Virus record (IMG/VR): IMGVR_UViG_3300045988_041245
Location: 1-30,081 of that record
Reading direction: 5' to 3' (one strand)
Origin: a virus
DNA length: 30,081 nucleotides
Part shown: positions 15,126 to 22,999 of the stretch, piece by piece
How the letters are laid out: each line of letters begins with the position of its first letter
Numbering within the stretch: position 1 is the first letter of the stretch
The notes under the pieces: model-generated
The model's input: only the letters and a program-made list of their open reading frames with translations
Databases searched by the model: none
Told to the model about the DNA's origin: nothing
Translations under genes and position numbers: made by a program

Positions 15126-17177
15126 TTACACGTAAGAGAAATTAATCATACGAATCGTTTCACGGGCAGCCGCCATCGGATCCGACGTGTTGACCGTAAT
15201 AGGAGCCGACACTCGAGGCCCATTAATCGCGTTCGCCAGGACCGGCGATGAGACAGGAAGACTCGCCGGACCATTCAACAGACTGTTCGGCATGATATCC
15301 GCAACCATGCGTTGGACAGGATTTACGGCCAGGCTCATGTTCGCTTCCACGCCCTTACCCAAGCCGGCCGGGATCATCTTGCCTACCTCGTCACGGAATA
15401 CGCGGGACGGGGAATGAATGCCCAAAGCGCTTTTGGCTGCGCCCACGACATTGGAAGCCGCGGATTTGGCCGCGTTCACGGCCGCGCCGATCGCATTCTT
15501 AATGCCGTTGACCAAACCCATGATGATGTTCTTGCCCGCGTCCAACAGCCAATTACCGGCTCCGTTGAACGCGCCCTTGATCTTACCGCCGATACCTCGC
15601 ACAGTGTTCAACACATTGTTGACACCATTCGACACGGTACTGGTGATACCGTTCCACGCACTGGAAGCCAATCCCTTGACTGCATTCCACAAGCCTGACC
15701 ATGTGCTGCTAATGGCGTTCATGACAGATGAGATGACACCGGAAATGGCGTTCACGCCAGCCGTCACAATATTCTGAATACCATTCCATACCCTGACCGC
15801 AATGTTCTGAATCCCCGTCCAGACACCGTTCCAGTTGCCTTGTAAAGCCGATAACACGGTAGTGATGATACCGTTGATAATATTCATTACCGTGGTGACC
15901 ACCGTCTGAATGAAAGGAAACACTGCGTTGATAATGTTTTGGAGCTCAGTTCCCCACACTTGGAATTGCTGTTGAATCACCGGTAGGACCGTTTGGAACA
16001 CTGCAGCCATGTTATTGATAACCGGTGTGAGAGTCCTCATGATAGTTCCCACGATCTGCGTAAGATTCGCGACCAGAGACCCCAACACCGGCATCAAAGC
16101 TTGGAACGCGGCACCCAGAACAGGCATGATCGCACTGCCCAAATGCTGCAAGGCTTGAATGAAAGGCTGCAACGCCGGAAGCAGTTCACCGGAGATAGCC
16201 TGCCCAACCGGAGCAAACGATGTCTTGAAAACATCCCCGATCTGGGATAAGGCTGGGCCAGCTGACGATACGAGCCCCTTGAAAAGGTTAGGTAAGCTAC
16301 CGATACCCTCAGCGAACACGCTCATGCCTTCGGTCAACGGGCCTTTGAACGCGTCCAGGATTTGCATACCGACGTTCACGACGGATGCTTCCAAATTACC
16401 CATCGCACCTTCGATAGTGCTGGTACTGGTCGCGGCTTCCTTGGCCGCGTCGGTCATACCCAAGTCCATGATGGCCTGATTGAATTCCTCGGCGGTAATC
16501 TCACCCTTGGCCATCGCATCACGAAAGTCACCCGTGTACGCGCCGTTCTTCTTCATGGCTTCCTGCAGCTTACCTGACGCGCCTGGAATAGCATCCGCTA
16601 CCTGATTCCAGTTTTCCGTGGTGAGCTTGCCAGCACCAGCGGTCTGAGTGAGTGCCAGGCCGAAAGATTTGAAAGTATCCTTGTTACCACCCGCCACTGC
16701 GTTCAGGTTACCGGCCGCTTCGGCTAGGTTCGCGTAATTGTCGACACCGTTCGCGGCTAACTGTGCTGTGGTGTTGCGAATGTCGGACAGGTCGTACACG
16801 GTCTGGTCCGCATACTTCTGCGTCGAAGCGGTCAACTGGTCGATAGTTGAAGTGTCCAAGCCGGCAAAGGACAGTGTGCTCGCGAATTTCTGGGCCGAAT
16901 CGGAAGCCTCGATGATATCACCGCTAAGATCCGAGATAGCATCCAAGGCCATGCTGACACCGGTAGAAACCAAGCCACCCATCGCTCCGGCGATAGCTGC
17001 GAATTTACCGGTACCGCCGGAAGCCTTGGCGGATGACTTGTCTACTTCCTCCAAACCATCACCCGCTTGACGGGCCGAGGTTTCGATTTGCCGGCTACCA
17101 TCTTGAATGGTTTTAACGCCGGCTTCCCAATCCGAGGTATTAATTTCAGCGTCGAGTGTGAGTGTGCTGTCCGCCAT
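15126..17177 (-). CDS. Tape measure protein
   Basis: 683 aa. Ala/Gly/Val-rich helical repeats (NAISGVISSVMNAISSTWSGLWNAV...). Sits after the chaperone pair. Confidence 0.85.
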   Translation of the reverse strand: MADSTLTLDAEINTSDWEAGVKTIQDGSRQIETSARQAGDGLEEVDKSSAKASGGTGKFAAIAGAMGGLVSTGVSMALDAISDLSGDIIEASDSAQKFASTLSFAGLDTSTIDQLTASTQKYADQTVYDLSDIRNTTAQLAANGVDNYANLAEAAGNLNAVAGGNKDTFKSFGLALTQTAGAGKLTTENWNQVADAIPGASGKLQEAMKKNGAYTGDFRDAMAKGEITAEEFNQAIMDLGMTDAAKEAATSTSTIEGAMGNLEASVVNVGMQILDAFKGPLTEGMSVFAEGIGSLPNLFKGLVSSAGPALSQIGDVFKTSFAPVGQAISGELLPALQPFIQALQHLGSAIMPVLGAAFQALMPVLGSLVANLTQIVGTIMRTLTPVINNMAAVFQTVLPVIQQQFQVWGTELQNIINAVFPFIQTVVTTVMNIINGIITTVLSALQGNWNGVWTGIQNIAVRVWNGIQNIVTAGVNAISGVISSVMNAISSTWSGLWNAVKGLASSAWNGITSTVSNGVNNVLNTVRGIGGKIKGAFNGAGNWLLDAGKNIIMGLVNGIKNAIGAAVNAAKSAASNVVGAAKSALGIHSPSRVFRDEVGKMIPAGLGKGVEANMSLAVNPVQRMVADIMPNSLLNGPASLPVSSPVLANAINGPRVSAPITVNTSDPMAAARETIRMINFSYV

Positions 17178-17180
17178 CGT

Positions 17181-17507
17181 TTATTCCTTCCCGAGTCGGT
17201 CTAATATCTGACTGATTCGTTGGTCTCCGTGTTTGCTGAACGCGCTTGTCAGGCATTCAAAGGTGAGGCGGTATTGTTCAGCCAAGCGAATGTTGTGAAT
17301 ATGTCGACCTTCTTTGACCAGGCTGAGCATGAGACTTGGTGAAATGTTGTTTTCGAGCGCGTCCCGGACAGCCGCCCACCCATACAATGTGCCAAGCTCG
17401 GCAAGGATACGGGAGGACGGAGCCGTCTTGTAGGAGGTTTCCGTCCTCTTGTATTTGCTCATCCGCTCTTTTTCTTCTGGAGTGATGAGCTCGTCCCATG
17501 ACTTCAT
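17181..17507 (-). CDS. Tail assembly chaperone, second ORF (T-like position)
   Basis: Lies between the G-like ORF and the tape measure gene. In the same frame as 17511..17864, separated by TAA plus one codon. Confidence 0.55.
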   Translation of the reverse strand: MKSWDELITPEEKERMSKYKRTETSYKTAPSSRILAELGTLYGWAAVRDALENNISPSLMLSLVKEGRHIHNIRLAEQYRLTFECLTSAFSKHGDQRISQILDRLGKE

Positions 17508-17510
17508 GGA

Positions 17511-17864
17511 TTATTCGCCCTTGATGCTGATGTTGAGGTTTTCGCTCATGAGTTTGCAGAGGGCTGTCATCGCCCGATAGTAGGCGAGGTCGCTACGCTG
17601 TTTGGTTTGGATCATCCATTCGTTGAACGCGTTACTGGGGGTCATGAGGTTGGCTACGAGCGGGAAAATGATGGTTTCCGCGGCTTCCAGGGTTTCCCTG
17701 GTCATTTTACCGGTGGTGAGCTTATCGATGGTTTCCGCATTGTCAAGGATGGTGAGGAGGTCTTTCGATCCGAGGGGTCGCATGGTGTAGACGATGCCAT
17801 CGAGTTTGACAGTGAGAGTACGGAAAGACTTGCGGGTGTCGATGTCGAGGATTGGTGTTGCCAT
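17511..17864 (-). CDS. Tail assembly chaperone (G-like)
   Basis: 117 aa, between the major tail protein and the tape measure gene, with RBS GGAG. Confidence 0.6.
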   Translation of the reverse strand: MATPILDIDTRKSFRTLTVKLDGIVYTMRPLGSKDLLTILDNAETIDKLTTGKMTRETLEAAETIIFPLVANLMTPSNAFNEWMIQTKQRSDLAYYRAMTALCKLMSENLNISIKGE

Positions 17865-17937
17865 TGCTTGTGCTCCATTCGATCGTGTTGTATCATGGTG
17901 ACTGGTTCCTTTGGTTAGGAGACCATGTGAATCAGCG

Positions 17938-17974
17938 TCCGTCGTGTTCTTTGCCTTTCTTTCACGACGGGCGC
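17938..17974 (-). terminator. Hairpin after the major tail protein gene (attenuator candidate)
   Basis: CCGTCGTG-N16-CACGACGG. No clear U-tract. Confidence 0.3.
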
Positions 17975-17989
17975 ATTATTTTATGCTTA

Positions 17990-18814
17990 TCAGGCTGCCA
18001 CGTTGAAGTTGACGACAGTCTGCACGGATCCGGATTTGAACGTGACGGTACCGGTACCGACCTTCTTCAACGTGATGTTCCATGTGCCGTCGCCATTGTC
18101 GGAAGCTTCGGCCAGTCCTTCGGCGGCTACGGTGGCGGTGATGTCACCGACCGCACCGTTCGGGAAAGCGGTCACGTTGATTTTCACTGTGTCGTTTACC
18201 TTGCCGGTGATGTTGGATGGCATGGCTTTTAATTCAGTGATTTTACTTTCATCTGGTTTGATGGAGCCGGTGGTCTCATCGTAGTGGCTTGGGGTGTTCA
18301 GGTCGAGTTCGCCCATGATGACTGCGCCTTCGCTGCCGGATGCCATGGTGCCGGAGAGTGTGACGATGAATGGGTCGCTGAGGCTGACTTTGAATTCGCC
18401 GCCTGCGCTGATGAGGGCGTTGGGGATGCGGAAGTCTTGTGCGCTGGATTGGCCGTCGCAGACGTTGTGGATGATGATGTCTCGTGGCGTGTTGCTGATG
18501 CATTCGTTGCCGCCGAATCGGACTTGTCCGGTTTCGCTCATGTTGCCGCTGATGACTCGTTTGAATGAGGCGTTGTGGTAGAGTTCGGGGAATAGCATGC
18601 CGAGGAATCGTACGCTTGGGCAGATGATGTTGAGTTCGAAGCTGAGTTCGTCGTAGCTGCCGTTTGGTACTTTGATGGTGCCGGATTGTGAGGCGATTTC
18701 GGTGGTGCTTGGGGTGAGGGTTATGGTGCCGACTTCGTCTTGGATGTAGTCGGGTGGGATGATCATGTCGTCGATGTAGACGGTTTTTTTGCCGATGAGT
18801 GGGTATGATGCCAT
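17990..18814 (-). CDS. Major tail protein with a C-terminal Ig-like (Big_2-type) domain
   Basis: Position, plus C-terminal ITGKVNDTVKINVTAFPNGAVGDITATV...GTGTVTFKSGSVQTVVNFNV. RBS GAAAGGAC. Confidence 0.7.
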   Translation of the reverse strand: MASYPLIGKKTVYIDDMIIPPDYIQDEVGTITLTPSTTEIASQSGTIKVPNGSYDELSFELNIICPSVRFLGMLFPELYHNASFKRVISGNMSETGQVRFGGNECISNTPRDIIIHNVCDGQSSAQDFRIPNALISAGGEFKVSLSDPFIVTLSGTMASGSEGAVIMGELDLNTPSHYDETTGSIKPDESKITELKAMPSNITGKVNDTVKINVTAFPNGAVGDITATVAAEGLAEASDNGDGTWNITLKKVGTGTVTFKSGSVQTVVNFNVAA

Positions 18815-18851
18815 TTTTGTGTCCTTTCGATGATTGTTGGCTGTGTCTATT

Positions 18852-19277
18852 TTACAGTGTGGTGGGGTCGAGTTTGTAGTCGATTTGGAAGCGAATGCTT
18901 TTGATCCAGTGGCCTTCGTGGTCGATGGCGTCTAGGTCGATGGCTGTGGCGGGGTGGGTGCGGATTGACTGGTAGGTGATGTTGGTGATTGGTTGGCATG
19001 TGAGTTGGCAGTAGTGGGGGAGTTTGTTGTTGATGTAGTGGAGTAGTTGGAGCATGCGTCGGCCTTGGGTGAGGACGTTGTCGTATCGGCTGCTGATGGT
19101 GATTTGGTCGGTGTAGAGGTCGCCGTTGATGTCGACGGTGTTGGCGTTGACCCAGATTCCTTCTTGGTTGGTGACGGTGCCGGTGTCGAGGACGGGGCTG
19201 GTGCCGAAGAAGAGGTTTTGGCCGTAGGTGCCGTAGCCTTCGTTTTGTAGGGTCATGCATATTGCGAGGTCTATCAT
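18852..19277 (-). CDS. Tail terminator / head-tail joining protein
   Basis: 141 aa, directly upstream of the major tail protein gene. This call rests on position only. Confidence 0.5.
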   Translation of the reverse strand: MIDLAICMTLQNEGYGTYGQNLFFGTSPVLDTGTVTNQEGIWVNANTVDINGDLYTDQITISSRYDNVLTQGRRMLQLLHYINNKLPHYCQLTCQPITNITYQSIRTHPATAIDLDAIDHEGHWIKSIRFQIDYKLDPTTL

Positions 19278-19286
19278 GGTGTGTCC

Positions 19287-19607
19287 TTAGAGGTTGAAGT
19301 AGGTTTTGATTTTGTTGTTTGCTGTGGTGGCGGCGCGTTCCAGGTATCTGGTGGTGTTTGGGTGGAGGCGGTTTTCGTGTTCGCGGATGCGGGCGTAGGG
19401 GACGCGACTGTTGCCGAATGTGATTCGCCAGTGGAGGGTGTTGGCTTGTTGGAAGCGGCCGCTGTTGCGGAGGGCCCCGGTTTTGACTGGCGCGTTTTGT
19501 CGGGCCATGCGGAGGATGTCGGTCATCATGCGTGTTCCGCCTTTGTTGAGTTGTTGGGTGGAGAGTTTGCGGGTCCATGATGCGGTGGTTTTGAGTTGGT
19601 AGCTCAT
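19287..19607 (-). CDS. HK97 gp10-like head-tail joining protein (106 aa)
   Basis: ATGA overlap at 19604-19607. ARQNAPVKTGALRNS resembles the gp10-family motif. The upstream part of track ORF 19287..19742 is His/Arg/Pro shadow sequence. Confidence 0.55.
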   Translation of the reverse strand: MSYQLKTTASWTRKLSTQQLNKGGTRMMTDILRMARQNAPVKTGALRNSGRFQQANTLHWRITFGNSRVPYARIREHENRLHPNTTRYLERAATTANNKIKTYFNL

Positions 19608-19972
19608 AGGTTGGTCCGTCCGTATGGGTGGGCTGTGATGGTGATGAATGTGGTGGTGCCGGTGGTCATGTCGTCTCCTCGGCTGGCTTGTTCGATTTGG
19701 TAGGTGCGGCCGTTGGTGAGTGTGAGGATGAGGTCGGGCCATGCTTCCATGTCGGTTTTGAGGTTTTCGGGGAGGGTGTCTGGTTGGATGTGGAAGCGTC
19801 GGGTGGCGATACGGCTTGCGTATTCGGAGGGTTGGTTGGTTTGTGTTGAGTGTTTGATGATAACGTTTAGGGTGGCGAGTTTTATGTTGTCGAGGCCGGG
19901 TGCCGTGTATTTCCAGAGAGCGGCTGACTGGACTTGGTTGGGGAAGAGTAGGAATGGGTCACAGAATGACAT
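19604..19972 (-). CDS. Head closure / head-tail adaptor protein
   Basis: 122 aa within the connector gene series. This call rests on position only. Confidence 0.5.
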   Translation of the reverse strand: MSFCDPFLLFPNQVQSAALWKYTAPGLDNIKLATLNVIIKHSTQTNQPSEYASRIATRRFHIQPDTLPENLKTDMEAWPDLILTLTNGRTYQIEQASRGDDMTTGTTTFITITAHPYGRTNL

Positions 19973-20612
19973 GATCGTTGCCTCCTAGGTCTTGTTCGTT
20001 CATCCACCATGGGAGGTCGTAGTGGGGGGTTGGCATGGCGAGGATCCCTCCTGTTTCGGGTTTAATTGGGCAAACACTCCAGTGGGATATTAGTGCTTTG
20101 TATGGGGCGAGGGCGTGTTCGAGTGTGGTTTGGCTGTTGGTGGCATAGGTGACCGATACGTCTTCGATCCGTTTTGAGGTGATGCTGTCGGTTCGGTCGG
20201 CTATCGACTGGTCGGCTTGGATGATGGCCGCGAGTATGTTGACGAGTGGGGCCGGGAGGCGTTTGAACCCGTGGGTGCCGTTGACGAGGATTTTCGTGCC
20301 GGCTGGGTATACGTCGTTGAGGGTTATAGTGGTCGCGTATTGTGTGGCTGGTGATAGTCCGTCGTCTTTGTCGTAGTTGACTTGGTATCCGACGCCGGAG
20401 GAGCCTTCTGGTTCGATCGACCATATTCCTGAATACCATGATGGTAGGGCGACGCGTCTGCCGTCCCGGTCGACGGTGGTTGTCAGGTTGATGGTGGATT
20501 CTTCTAGTGTGTCCACGCAGAGCATGTTGACTAGGTCGGCGAGTGCGGCGTTTTTCCATGTCTTGTAGGCGGTTTCGCCGACTTGGGTGATGATACTGTC
20601 GTCGATTATCAT
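19959..20612 (-). CDS. Head-tail connector (gp6-like N-terminal domain with a C-terminal extension)
   Basis: ATG 20612 preceded by GGAGGAAAA. First gene after the capsid-module terminator. Confidence 0.5.
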   Translation of the reverse strand: MIIDDSIITQVGETAYKTWKNAALADLVNMLCVDTLEESTINLTTTVDRDGRRVALPSWYSGIWSIEPEGSSGVGYQVNYDKDDGLSPATQYATTITLNDVYPAGTKILVNGTHGFKRLPAPLVNILAAIIQADQSIADRTDSITSKRIEDVSVTYATNSQTTLEHALAPYKALISHWSVCPIKPETGGILAMPTPHYDLPWWMNEQDLGGNDHVIL

Positions 20613-20635
20613 TTTTCCTCCGTGAATATATGAAA

Positions 20636-20667
20636 GGGTCCTACCGTCAATTGTAACGGTAGGACCC
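20636..20667 (-). terminator. Perfect 12-bp-stem hairpin after the capsid / collagen-like genes
   Basis: GGGTCCTACCGT-N8-ACGGTAGGACCC, followed on the minus strand by TTTCATATATT. Confidence 0.6.
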
Positions 20668-20689
20668 AATGCTGTTTATTGGCTGGTTA

Positions 20690-20980
20690 TCAGTCGGATT
20701 CTTTCATCAGTCCTGCGCCGATCAGGGCGTTTACTACCTGCTCTACCGTGCCAGTGGTCGGGTCTACGTGAGAGGCCTTGGTGATCGATGCAGCGGGACC
20801 AGCGGGACCAACGGGACCAGCGGGACCAGCGGGACCAACGGGACCAACGGGACCAGCGGGACCCTGACCCATAGTCACGGGTTGGCCTTCTTCGTCCACG
20901 AAGTTGATAACCTTTACGACGTTCAGGTTATCCTCGTGTAGGGCTTTGCTGCCGATTCTGGCGTACATTTCAGCGTTCAT
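20690..20980 (-). CDS. Small collagen-like (Gly-Pro-X)8 protein; head decoration/fibre candidate
   Basis: GPAGPVGPVGPAGPAGPVGPAGPA flanked by non-repetitive N- and C-terminal domains. Lies between the capsid and connector genes. Confidence 0.7.
   Translation of the reverse strand: MNAEMYARIGSKALHEDNLNVVKVINFVDEEGQPVTMGQGPAGPVGPVGPAGPAGPVGPAGPAASITKASHVDPTTGTVEQVVNALIGAGLMKESD
20794..20865. repeat. Eight tandem 9-bp units GGGACCA(G/A)C encoding the collagen-like tract
   Basis: Read directly. Confidence 0.9.
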
Positions 20981-20996
20981 TGGGGAATCACCTCAC

Positions 20997-22805
20997 TCAG
21001 GCCTTCGGCTTGATGACCACTGCGGACTTCTCCGCGTCCAGGCCGCCGCCAGCGTAGATCTCCTGCAGATATTCGTTGGTGTTGGTCTGGAGCGCGAAGT
21101 TCGTGAACGATTCGACGGAAGTGTCACCGACGAGCGCGTAGTGGGAAGCGGACATGACCACACCGGCCACCTTCTTGTCGTCTTCCGCGGTCCACCATTC
21201 CGGGGTGATGATCTGGGAAACGCCGAGTGAGCGGGCGAGCGTGTCGTCACCGCCGAGGGCGATGAATGAATTGCCGTTCGCGTCGGCGCTCATGAGCAGA
21301 TCGGCTACGGTGTCCGCGTTGCAGACGAGTACCTTGTTGCCCTGCGCGCGGACCATGTGGGAGGCCTTCACGAAGCCCATGAGCGGGGTTTCCTCGCCGA
21401 GCGTGTAGGAGCGGGCGAACTTCGTACCAGCCCAGTCGGGAGACTTGTCGGCTGCATCGGTGGTGATGGCACGGAAGTGAGCCATGTCTTCGTAGCCGCC
21501 GAGCACAACCTGACGTTCGATGGTCTGGATGATGTAGTTCGGCAGTTCGGAAAGGATGTATCGGAGCAGTGCGCCCGGCTTCTGCGTACGACGGATGTCA
21601 CCCTTGTTGAGGGTGATGTACTTGTACGTGTAGTCGGCGGTGAGTTCACGCTTGACGAAAGACGTGGACTGTTCCTTCTTCTTGGTGCCGTAGGATGCGA
21701 CCGGATAACCGTGTGCGCGGGTTTCGTCGGTCAGGCCGAGAATATTGCCGCCGATGGTGAGACGGTCCATACCGGTCTTGCGGAAGAGGTTCCATAAGCC
21801 GGAACCTCGCGTGTTGAGCGCGTCGCTGATGGTGGTGATGGCTTCGGTCGGGATGAACTTGTCTACGTTGGCCGTGTCGACGCCAAAGGATGCGGTGCCA
21901 GCCATGTTGCGGGACACGATGTCGGCCCACTCCTTGTGGAATGCTTCGACGCCCTTGTTGTCGTTGTCGATGAGGGTGCGTTCGAAAGCGGCCATGGCGT
22001 CCGGGGAGTCGAGCCACGTTTCACGGGAGTGGGAGAAAGAGGCGACACCGGACTGCTTTGCCTCACGGTTGGATTTGTTGATGATGACAAGCGGACGCTT
22101 ATTGGTGGACTGGGAGGGTTCTTCCGGTGATGTCTGTCCCTGGCTGGTCGAGTGGTCGGTCTGGTCGTCGATTGCTTCAGTGATGTCGGATACGGCGTCG
22201 GTCATGATGTCGGCGACGGACGAGGTGAGGGTTGCGGCCTCGTTGGGGTCGAGCTTGAACTGGGCGACGGTGCGTGCCAGCTTGGTCATGAGTTCATTGT
22301 CCATGGTGTCTCCTTTTCGGTTGTTGATTGAGGTGAATGCGGCTCGGGGATCGGCTCCACGATAGACGACGCTGATTTCTACCAGTTCGCCATTGTGGAT
22401 GATGCCGTCTTTGCCGGGCTGTCTGTTGAATTCGACGGTGATGCTGAAACTGTTGGTGAGGCATCCGTCGGCTGCGAGCTGGCGGACGCGTTCCCCGTTG
22501 TCGACTTCGCTGAGTTTTGCTTCGGCCATGAGGCCGGCGTCGGTCATCCAGAGGCGGGTGATGGTGCCGGCTTGAGCCTCGACTGATGGCATGTGGTCGA
22601 TGAGGAGGGGGAGTGAGAACCTGTCGGAATCATTGAGGTCTGACACGAGTTTCAAGGTCCCGTCGATGAGTGGGGCTTTGAGCGTGTCGAGGTCTACTGT
22701 GAGTCCGCCGCACATTACCTTGCCTGAGTTGGCGAGGAATGTGAGCATACGGCCCTTGGTTTCAGTGGTACCGCCGGTGTGGGTGAAGCTCTTTCGAGTG
22801 GTCAT
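20997..22805 (-). CDS. Prohead protease - scaffold-like linker - HK97-fold major capsid protein fusion
   Basis: The N-terminal ~170 aa carry S78-type protease-like motifs (PLLIDHMPS, SFSITVEF). Next comes an acidic/helical linker (DNELMTKLARTVAQFKLDPNEAATL...). The C-terminal ~330 aa are capsid-sized. There is no separate protease or scaffold gene. Confidence 0.7.
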   Translation of the reverse strand: MTTRKSFTHTGGTTETKGRMLTFLANSGKVMCGGLTVDLDTLKAPLIDGTLKLVSDLNDSDRFSLPLLIDHMPSVEAQAGTITRLWMTDAGLMAEAKLSEVDNGERVRQLAADGCLTNSFSITVEFNRQPGKDGIIHNGELVEISVVYRGADPRAAFTSINNRKGDTMDNELMTKLARTVAQFKLDPNEAATLTSSVADIMTDAVSDITEAIDDQTDHSTSQGQTSPEEPSQSTNKRPLVIINKSNREAKQSGVASFSHSRETWLDSPDAMAAFERTLIDNDNKGVEAFHKEWADIVSRNMAGTASFGVDTANVDKFIPTEAITTISDALNTRGSGLWNLFRKTGMDRLTIGGNILGLTDETRAHGYPVASYGTKKKEQSTSFVKRELTADYTYKYITLNKGDIRRTQKPGALLRYILSELPNYIIQTIERQVVLGGYEDMAHFRAITTDAADKSPDWAGTKFARSYTLGEETPLMGFVKASHMVRAQGNKVLVCNADTVADLLMSADANGNSFIALGGDDTLARSLGVSQIITPEWWTAEDDKKVAGVVMSASHYALVGDTSVESFTNFALQTNTNEYLQEIYAGGGLDAEKSAVVIKPKA

Positions 22806-22814
22806 GTCACCCTT

Positions 22815-22997
22815 TCATTCGGTAGTGGTGATGTTGTCGTGAACGTCCTTTGGGGGCTTGTGTTCAAGTCCCCATAATAGCATGATGTGATATTCCAGTA
22901 GGCTTCTGCAATTTGGGCATTTGAGCGTCACGTCGGTATCGCGCTCGCATGAGCCTAGGTAGCGGCCGCATTTCCGACAGTGGATGTCGTATGTCAT
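22815..22997 (-). CDS. Com-like zinc-ribbon protein (60 aa)
   Basis: MTYDIHCRKCGRYLGSCERDTDVTLKCPNCRSLLEYHI has a CxxC-N17-CxxC arrangement like phage Mu Com. RBS GGAGGA. Confidence 0.5.
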   Translation of the reverse strand: MTYDIHCRKCGRYLGSCERDTDVTLKCPNCRSLLEYHIMLLWGLEHKPPKDVHDNITTTE

Positions 22998-22999
22998 GG

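Noticed and set aside
20794-20865. Diversity-generating retroelement or variable-repeat pair in the tail/fibre or collagen-like genes
   Set aside because: There is no reverse transcriptase gene, and I saw no second near-identical template repeat anywhere in the window.
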